64,000 nucleotides of DNA from the human T2T-CHM13v2.0 reference genome, Homo sapiens, in assembly GCF_009914755.1 (NCBI RefSeq), contig NC_060932.1; one strand, written 5' to 3'. Below the pieces are notes generated by a model. The model did not search any database. It was given only the letters and a program-made list of their open reading frames with translations, and was not told where the DNA came from. The position numbers and the translations under genes are program-made. Of this stretch, positions 52,207 through 64,000 are shown piece after piece (the stretch's first letter is position 1; every line of letters begins with the position of its first letter).

Positions 52207-52677
52207 TAGATTTGCTTGGTGTTCCTGGCTAGATGAAGGCTGAATCTGTCTCTCTCCCTCTTTCTCTGCCTTTCCTTTTGTTTCTCCTGGTCCGTCTATT
52301 TTTTTTCTCATTCTCTTTCCTCTTTCCTCATTTCCTTTATCATTTTCCTTTTTCAGTCTCTCTCCATTTTATTTCTCACTATTCCAATCTCTACCTTGGC
52401 CCTTCTGTTCCTCTTCTAAAATTGCTCATCAGTAGAAACTGATTTGACTAGAAATAGAAGGTACTGAGCAGGAGGGTTCAGGTTTGATGACGGCTTTGCC
52501 AAGGGATGAGCCCATCTATTGAGTTTAGAGGGGCAGAGGGGCAAATCCAGGCTAAGGACACAAAGATGAAGAGGCAGGAAGACAAGAGTCAATGAAACAG
52601 GTACCAGGGAGTAGACCTGAACTCTGATTCAATTTCTTTTTTCTTTTTCTTTCTTTCTTTTTTTTTTCTTTTCCTGA

Positions 52678-52878
<201 letters not shown>

Positions 52879-53606
52879 TGAATTCCTGACCTCAGGTGAT
52901 CCACTCGCCTTGGCCTCCCAAAGTGCTGGGATTACAAGTGTGAGCCACTGTGCCTAGCCCTGACTCCATTTCTTATGCTTCAGGAACCAAACCAGGTTCC
53001 TGGAGGTACAGAGAGAAAAGACGGAATCTCAACTCTTCATGCATGGGAGTTGACTGGGAAAGCCAGTAAACAGTGATGAGAGCAAAGAAAAGGAAGCAGG
53101 ACACGGGGAGGCTTCACAGAGGAAAGGACATTTGAATGGACTCAGATAGGAGGCGAGGGCGAGAGCACATGCAAAGGCATGGAGGTGTGGGAGAGCAGGG
53201 TTCACTCGGGGGCCCCCGAGCCGGGCCTGGGCATCGGATGTGAGGGAGCAGTGGCAGGGGTGGAGCCGGGAAGTTGGCTGAGGTCAGATCATGAAAGATC
53301 CTCAACGCTATGCCTGGGGATGTTGGAATTTACTCTTGGGAGTGGAGTCTATTATTGGTTTCACATAATAGAATCGGAATCTTAGAAAGATCTCTCTGGG
53401 ACAAGAATAGAGGATGGAGTGGCAGGGACAGAGCCAGTGAAAGCAGTTAGGGGGTGACTGCAGTGTACTAGACAAAGGGTGCAGACAGTGTCAGCTGAGA
53501 ATGGAGCTGGAAGTAGATAAGCGGGTGGAGAAGAGAGGCCTGAATGAGAGATTGGGAGGAGGACTCAGAGTACTGGAAAGCAAATTACATATGGAGGCAA
53601 GGGAGC

Positions 53607-54390
<784 letters not shown>

Positions 54391-54610
54391 GGACAGGGAG
54401 AAGCAGAATTTCTGGCTTGATTGACTTGGTATAAAATAGTGCCTCTCATAGCGGGGAGGAACTGGTGTGTAGGAGCAAGAGGATGAGGTCAGTTTTATAT
54501 ATGGTGATTGTGTTTTCCTGAAAAATAGGTGTGGTCCTTGCATACAGCGATTGGTCACTGGAGCTCACAGACCTGTTGGTAAATTCTGTCCCTAACTGAA
54601 GCAGGAATAG

Positions 54611-55036
<426 letters not shown>

Positions 55037-55504
55037 TGAAAATAAACGTCTTAAGAGAACCTGAGTAATGTGAATAATCAGTTGAAATGTATGCATTTTA
55101 TGTATCTTATTAAATGTGCAGCATTACCCAGCAACCTCAACTATACCAAGAAAACTGGGTTTGGGGGAATGCCATGGACCACTCTCTCCTTTCTCAGTCC
55201 TGGTGGTTCCAGGGGAGAACAAGTGATGGAAGAAAAATGGCGAGTGGGGTGGGAGAGGAAGGTGACAGTGGGGGAAAGAACAAATCCAAGACATTTTTTT
55301 CTTGGGCAAGGACTTTGGGTCTATTGCCAGCCTTGCCCATATAGCATGGGTTCAATAAAAGTTTTGGAATATCTTCATTTTGGTTTTTATTCATCCATTA
55401 CACAATCTTAAATAATCCCTGTTCATATTTTGGTAAGTAAAATTTTAATATCTTTTTTCCTTTCAGTCATGGATTCAATTGTTAAAATAGTTCTGGTCAC
55501 TTAC

Positions 55505-55603
55505 CCGGTCATTCAATAGCTGATGGTTTAGGGGTGTCCAGGTGCTCATCTTTGTCTGCATTTTGGGACCATCTGTGTTTTTTGGAGGTGCAAATGCCAT
55601 CAT
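55505..55603 (-). CDS. FBXO16: FBXO16 exon 2, first coding part (aa 1-33, [33 protein letters not shown])
   Basis: Tandem ATGs at 55603 and 55600 (the second has the strong context ATGATGG). Donor CGG|gtaagt at 55504. Acceptor probably aag| (exon start 55619), with an alternative cag| (start 55610). Confidence 0.95.
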
Positions 55604-55671
55604 GAAACAACTGGATATCCTTCCATAAGAAAAACAACACCTATCAGAAGAAGTGAATCATATAACCCTCA

Positions 55672-55887
<216 letters not shown>

Positions 55888-56758
55888 TCACAGCTACTAG
55901 GCAGGAGAGTCACTTGAACTCCAGAGGTGGAGGTTGCAGTGAGCCAAGATGGCACCACTGTACTCCAGCCTGGGCAGCAGAGCGAGACTCCACCTCAAAA
56001 AAAACAATACTAATACCATATAATTTTTTAGCATGTTGGCAGAGGGAATGCGGTGGGAAGAGCATTTATTGGGGGCATGTTATATGTCAAGCACTTCATA
56101 CATCTCCTCAATGGAAGTGCACAATTACCTGGTGAGGTGGTGGGTTTTAACTCATTTTACACACGAGGAAGATTTGGCTTATTGATGTTACCCTGTCCAA
56201 GGTCATACAGATAGCAAGTGGTGTAACTGGTAGTCAGACCCAGGTCAGTTTGATGCCACTTTATTTTCACTGGACTCTGGGGGGAAATCCAGAATCACTC
56301 CTAGCTAAGGACATACTATATTGGCCAGGAAGAGAAGTATTTTAAATTTAAAATCATCATGCAATATGAAACACTTCATTCTTGTCCCTTGTTATATTAA
56401 TTCTCCTTCTCCCCTCTTAATTTCCAGATATCCAAGTAACAGGAACTCCTGCCTGACAGCGTATTGAAGAGGTAGCATGGTGGGAGAGACAAAGCCAAGG
56501 CTTTGGAAATGAACAGATTTGAGTTTATTGGGGGAAACTTGCTATTTTTAGTTATCCAGTATATGTCTGCCTCCTTTTGATTAAAGCACTTTAATTTTCA
56601 GGAGGAATTAATTTTCCCTCATTGTTTAGAGCCTGATGGTTTAATTAATTAAGGTAGCCTGTCCTTCCCCAGCCAAGAGATGGTCATGAGACCAGGCTAG
56701 GCCAGTTGGGCTGACAATAGCTTACTCTTAATCTTATTTTATTTTATTAACTGATTGA

Positions 56759-57049
<291 letters not shown>

Positions 57050-58118
57050 CAAGATGGAGTCTTGCTCTATCACCCAGGCTCGAGTGCAGTGACACGATCT
57101 CGGCTCACCACAACCTCCGCTTCCCAGGTTCAAGCGATCCTCCTGCCTCAGCTCCCCTAGTAGCTGATTGGGAGTAGTTTTGATATATACACTCAGGGTT
57201 GCAGGCTTCTGCATTTTCCACTCTGTGATGGTGGGTTTCACAAGGACAGGTAGAAGAGATGGCTAAGGGGACCAGGGCCTGCTCGCCTGATCAATGGGCT
57301 CCACAAATGACCCCACAGCAACAGATACTGGATATTTTTTATTTTTTGAGAAGGAGTCTTGCCCTGTTTCCCAGGCTGCCGTACAGTGGTGCAGACATGG
57401 CTCACTGCAACCTGCACCTCCCAGGTTCAAGCGCTTCTCCTGGCTTAGCCTCCCGAGTAGCTAGGACTACAGGCACCTGCCACCACGACTGGCTAATTTT
57501 TGTATTTTTAGTAGAGATGGGGTTTCACCATGTTGGCTAGGCTGGTCTCGAACTCCTGATCTCAGGTGATCTGCACACCTCAGCCTCCCAAAGTGCTGGG
57601 ATTACAGGCACAAGCCACTGTGCCCGACCTTTGATAATTTTTTTTTAATCATTATATTTTGGCTAGTATGGGATTTTCCCAAACACTATCTGAGATCTTT
57701 GAGGTTCTCATTTGACATGTAATATTCTCTCTCAGGAAGATAAAGCCCACGTTTTAAACCCTCTGGGGTGTCAAGACAATGCCTTCCTTCAGTTGCCTGT
57801 TGCCAATATGCCACTGGAATGAGGGGCACTCAGATCAGCACTCAGGTTCTTTTCAGCCTCAACAGCTAACTATCGGACTCACATTTAGGTAAGTTACTAA
57901 GCCAAAAGAAATGATTTCATTACAGTAATTTTAACTGGCAGCTAATGATAAAAGTACATGTGAGCAGGCAAGTTATAGATACAGGCCGGCATGGTGCCTC
58001 ACACCTGTAATAGCAGCACTTTGGGAGGCTGAGGCAGGCGGATCACCTGAAGTCAGGAGTTCGAGGCCAGCCTGACCAACATGGTAAAACTCCATCTCTA
58101 CTAAAAATACAAAAATTA

Positions 58119-58551
<433 letters not shown>

Positions 58552-59989
58552 TAGTTTTAGTAGAGACAGGGTTTCACCATGTTGGTCAGGCTGGTCTCAA
58601 ACTCCTGACCTCAGGTGATCCACCAGCCTAAGCCTCCCAAAGTGCTGGGATTACAGGCGTAAGCCACCGCCGCGCCTGGGCTACATTTCTTCTTTTAAAA
58701 CTAGTTGTTTTGTTGCCTGTAATCCCAGCACTTGGGAGGCTGAAGCAGAAAGACTGCTTGAGCCCAGGAATCTGAGACCAGACTGGGCAACATCGAGAGA
58801 CCTTATCTCTACACAAAGTAAAAAAACCAAAAAATTAGCTGGGCTTAGTGGTGCACGCCTGTGGTCCCAGCTACTTGGGGTGGGGGCAGAGGGCTGAGGT
58901 GGGAGAATCGTTTGGGCCCAGGAGGTTGAGGCTGCGGTAAGCTGTGATTGCACCACTGTACTCCAGCCTGGGCAACAGAGCAAGACCGTTTTTAAAAAAT
59001 AATAAAAACATAAAAATTAAATTCGTTGTTCTGAATCCTTTCTTAAGAGCTACATGGCTCTTGAAGAATATGATGAAAGCTATGAATTCTCCCCCTAGAA
59101 AAATGCACATACACGCAAAATTTTGCTTACCCCTGCTCTATGCTGAACAACTCTCTCCTTTCCAGTTTGTGTAGGAAACCATGTGACTGATCCTAGGCAC
59201 ATCCTTCTGAATGAGGAGAAGTAGCTTTCCTTGGTAACTCCCCCAAGCGCCTGCACTGGTTGTTTTCTTTTTCCTGGTTCCTCAGAACTACATGTCACTT
59301 AGATTAGACTTTCTTTCAACCTGCTTGAAGATGGGTTTTCAGCAGATGGGCCTGGCCCCAGGAAGCAGCCCTCTTGGCCATATAGGCCTGCTGAAGTGTG
59401 CCAATGTGGACGTCCTGCCTCGTCTCTTGCTATTATCCTTTTACAGTATTTTCCTCCTTCCTCCATTCCAGAAGACAGGCAGCGTGTATATTTGCATGCA
59501 CATACATGTTCACAGAACAGACCATTTGTTACTATTAAGAAGACAGATTTTTTTTTTTTTTTTTTTTGAGATGAAGTCTCACTCTTTTGCCCAGGCTGGA
59601 GTGCAGTGGCGTGATCTCGGCTTACTGCACCTACGCTTCCCAGGTTCAAGAGATTCTGCTACCTCAGGCTCCCGAGTAGCTGGGATTACAGGCATGCACC
59701 ACCATGCCTGGGTAATTTTTGTATTTTTAGTAGAGATGCGGTTTTCCCCATGTTGGTCAGGCTTGTCTTGAACTCCTGACCTCAAGTGATCTGCCTACCT
59801 TGGCTTCCCAAAGTGCTGGGATTACAGGTGTGAGCTGCTGCGCCCAGCTACAGAGATTTTCATATAACACATACAAAACATAATTGTCCCCACTTAATCA
59901 ACAAAATAAAGCAAGTTGTCATCCCTCCTTCCACAGATGTCTTGCTGTTGCTTTTTTGTGATCTCCTTCCCTGTAAGGACTACCTTTGA

Positions 59990-60286
<297 letters not shown>

Positions 60287-61293
60287 TGAGCCACTGCGCC
60301 CAGCCAAATATTCATCTTTAATTTTTCTTAGAATTAAAATACAGAAAGAGGGCCTACGACCCTAGTTCTTGACATATGGTTCTAGTCTCATTTTCAATAG
60401 CAAGGATGGGTCCCCTGGCCACATACTTCCAATTTGATCTTCTAAGCCTTTTTTTTTTTTTTTTTTTTTTGACAAGGTCTTGCTCTGTCACTCAGGCTGG
60501 AGGGCAGTGGTGTGATCACAGCTCACCATAGCCTCAACCTCCTGGGCTCAAGCAATTCTCCATGTCAGCCTCCCAAGTAGCAGAGAATATAGGTGTGCAC
60601 CACCACACCTGGCTAATTTTTTTTTTTTTGTATTTTTTGTAGAGATAAGGTCTTGCTTTGTTGCCCAAGCTGGTCTCAAACTTCTGGGCTCAAGCAATCC
60701 ACCACCTCAGCCTCCCAAAGTGCTGAGATTACAAAGGCAAGCCACTACCTCCTGCCTTAAGCCATTCTTCACACTGTCATCATTATTTAACCACCTTACT
60801 AAGTATCTACAAGGCAGGTGTTAGGGGTACAACGATAAGAGTCTGCTTTAATGGAGCTCACAGTCTCCTGTTAGGTATTTTTTAAAAGACCAGTTGATCA
60901 TGTCACTTTTCAGCTCAAAACCTTCAGAGGTTCACTGACAGCTACAGGATCCAGACTTCCTCGCGTGGAAGTCTAGGTCTGCCATGATTTTACCTCCATC
61001 TACTCTTTCAGTCTCACCTGGCCCCACCTTCATGCGCTCTCTGCCCAGACACACTGAACTCATGGCCACTCTGAGAACGTGCCACACAACTCTGATGATT
61101 CTTGGCTTATGTGGTTTTCTGATGCTCACTGCTCACCTGAATCATCACAGTAGTATATCATAGGTACTCAATATTTGTTAAATCAATAGAAAAAATGACT
61201 ACAGCAGTGCAAGTGGGGAGCAGTTTAAGGATTAAAACTTGTAGAAATGTTTGGGAGGCTGAGGTGGGTGAATCACCTGAGCTCAGGAGTTCA

Positions 61294-61734
<441 letters not shown>

Positions 61735-62345
61735 CTATAGTCCCAGCTACTCAGGAGGCTGAGATGGAAGGATTCCTTGAGCCCAGGAGTTCAAGGCTGC
61801 AGTGAGCGATGATTGCACCACTGCAGTTCAGCCTGGGCAACACGGCAAGACCCTGTCTCAAAAAACAAAAACCAACCAAAAAAAAAAAACCCTTGTAGAA
61901 TTGTAGAAATGTAGAGTGAAACTCAGAACATGATACTGGGCTCTGGGGTTATATGCAGAGTTTACTGAGCATAATAGGACTGGGTCTCTCTGCTAACAGA
62001 ATTTACCCATACATTGTAATATCATCAGACAAGGGAATCTCAAATTATTATCAGGAAATTATCAAGAAATAGCGTATGGGTAGATTTCAATACGAATTCA
62101 TCTTCCGCTTAACTAGTTTTTAAAAAGCAAGAACTATAACACAACGCAAAGAGCTAATGCTTGGTAGGCATATAATTATCTGTGGGTTGTTAATTTCACA
62201 AGTATGAATATCTGGCGGTTGCACTGTAGCCCAAATGAGAGGGCACAATGAAATCCCCAAGAGCACTGATAAAGCTCATGGGAGGCCCTGGAGCTTTCCA
62301 AAGAGAGAGTCTCCATCTTTTTCATGCACTGCCCACAGCTCTCAC

Positions 62346-62500
62346 CTCTTTTAGCTTGTCTCCCTCTTCAAGCCTCAAGCGCTGACGTTGCCACAGTTTC
62401 ATTAGGTCAGCTTTTTCTCCGACTCCCTCCAGTCCCTCACCCCTCCCAGCTTCCAGCAGCCCAATCACCGTCTATAAATCCCGTCGCTGGCATCCGGGGT
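62346..62500 (-). other. FBXO16: Probable non-coding exon 1 of FBXO16 (5' end uncertain)
   Basis: Donor GAG|gtgaga at 62345 inside a CpG-enriched unique region. A second possible donor, GGG|gtgagg, is at 62440. Confidence 0.6.
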
Positions 62501-62770
62501 CTCTTAGGCAACAATGTGTGGGCTCCTGATTGGCCGCGAGATCCAGGAGGGCTGGCTACAAAATTGGGCACGGGGATAAAATTAACAAGTGTGGCGGCCA
62601 AGAGCGTGGGAGGGACTGCAATGTCTCAATATAACCCTAGAATGAAGACGCGTCGAATCCTGAAACAAGTAGCGTTGAAAACCTTCATTCAAGACGTAGT
62701 GTGTCCCAAATCAGCCCTACCTACGGAGCACGCCCAGTCACATTGTCCTGGTCACTCCGGAGCTGCGAAA
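62380..62770. promoter_or_regulatory. FBXO16 promoter region
   Basis: Local CpG enrichment; CCAAT at 62461-62465; ATTGG at 62529-62533; X-box GTTGCCTAAGAGAC (minus, 62499-62512); TGACG half-CRE at 62383-62387; + strand TATAAA at 62473-62478. Confidence 0.7.
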
Positions 62771-64000
62771 TGCAGGCTCCACTGTGCCAGGTTTTAAGAG
62801 TGGCCAACAGGTAAACAGAGGGTTGGAGGAAAAAGAATTCGAGACTGGTTCAATGAAAGAATAGCACCTGCAACAGGAAGTGGAAGGATGGGGCCAGGAG
62901 GAATTGCCCAACACAGAGACACACAAATGCTTCAATGCAAATTTCAATTTATTGGATTATAGAATTCAGGCTGACTGACAGATACACCAGGGAACCAGCA
63001 GATGGCATGCCCTAATAAGAATAACTAAATTTAGGAACTCTTAGAATCCCGTCCAATTCATTAAATTTATTGAGCGCCTGTCTTGTAATACGAAGCAAAA
63101 TGAGAATACAAAGATAAAAAAGAAATCTAAAGAGGAAGACTGGAAGGTGCAATATACAAATATTTAATGGAAGGCTCACACGGGTAACAGCTGTTATAGA
63201 GTTATGAACAAGTGCTGGAGGATACCAAAAAGTTCAAAATTCCGGAACAGAGGTCCTTTGGTCAATGTAAAGCAGGTCTTATAGGCAGCAGTCAACAACA
63301 ACAAAAAGCAAAACAACAGCAAAAAGAGACTTTCCTTACTATCTTTTTTTCTCAAAATAAATAAGAATGCACTCCCCTTCCACTTAAATGTACAAACCCT
63401 GTGTTTCTGTTGTGTTTTACAGGTTTTATTTTTATTTTTGGGGGGACGGAGTTTTGCTCTTATTGCCCAGGCTAGAGTGCATTGGTGCGATCTCAGGTTA
63501 CTGCAACCTCCGCCTCTCGGGTTCAAGCAATTCTCCTGCCTCAGCTTCCTGAGTAGCGGGGATTACAAGCATGCGTCACCATGCCCGGCTAATTTTTTTG
63601 TATTTTTAGTAGAGACGGGGTTTCACATGTTGGCCAGGCTGGTTTCGAACTCCTGACCTCAGGTGATCTGCCCGCCTCAGCATCCTGGAGTGCTGGGATT
63701 ACAGGCGTGAGCCACCGTGCCCGACCTGTTTTATAGTTTTTAAATAGGCAGCATTTGTATATCTCTAGTTTAAAAAGAAAAAAATGAAGCTCATAGAAGT
63801 TGTTGCTTTCCTTGGGTTAAAATGGATCAGTAAGTGGGCAAGCTGAAATTAGAACCTAGGTTGTTTGAATTCCAGCCTAGGGATTTTTTCCACATGACCG
63901 GGTTGTACCTAAATGAATAAACAAAGCCTTGGGGGCAGAGGCGGTGAGGGGGTGGCCTGGAGGAGGTACTTAGATGCAATACTAAATTACCATGCATTAC

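Noticed and set aside
62324-62797. 157-aa + strand ORF over the promoter
   Set aside because: No recognisable domain; starts upstream of the + strand TATA-like element; explained by locally higher GC content.

Overview
Human (primate) genomic DNA, not microbial. The window holds essentially the whole minus-strand FBXO16 gene (F-box protein 16; from recall 8p21.1, between ZNF395 and FZD3, neither visible here). Eight coding exons were read directly, all with GT-AG boundaries: 55505-55603, 45943-45978, 35782-35988, 28938-29102, 24425-24657, 19354-19456, 1573-1598 and 922-931. They total 879 nt and encode 292 aa. A probable non-coding exon 1 and promoter (CCAAT boxes, RFX X-box) lie near 62.35-62.55 kb. 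Introns contain about 70 Alus, several LTRs (LTR28/MER52-group, MER41A, THE1, MER31, LTR41, MLT1, MST inside LTR16, LTR40), L1/L2/MIR/MER58 fragments, microsatellites and an internally deleted U6 retrocopy. Nearly all ORFs in the supplied track are Alu or microsatellite artefacts. No wholly new biological system is evident. The best leads are: a hidden 47-aa C-terminus in exon 9 that the 26-nt exon 8 frameshifts away; a U6 copy missing its internal stem-loop; a sense THE1 LTR with a splice donor just upstream of exon 5; a candidate poison exon; tandem acceptors in a basic RRKR motif; a CA-rich intronic tract; and a TSS-dependent overlapping uORF. Repeat names and boundaries come from recalled consensus sequences and are approximate.
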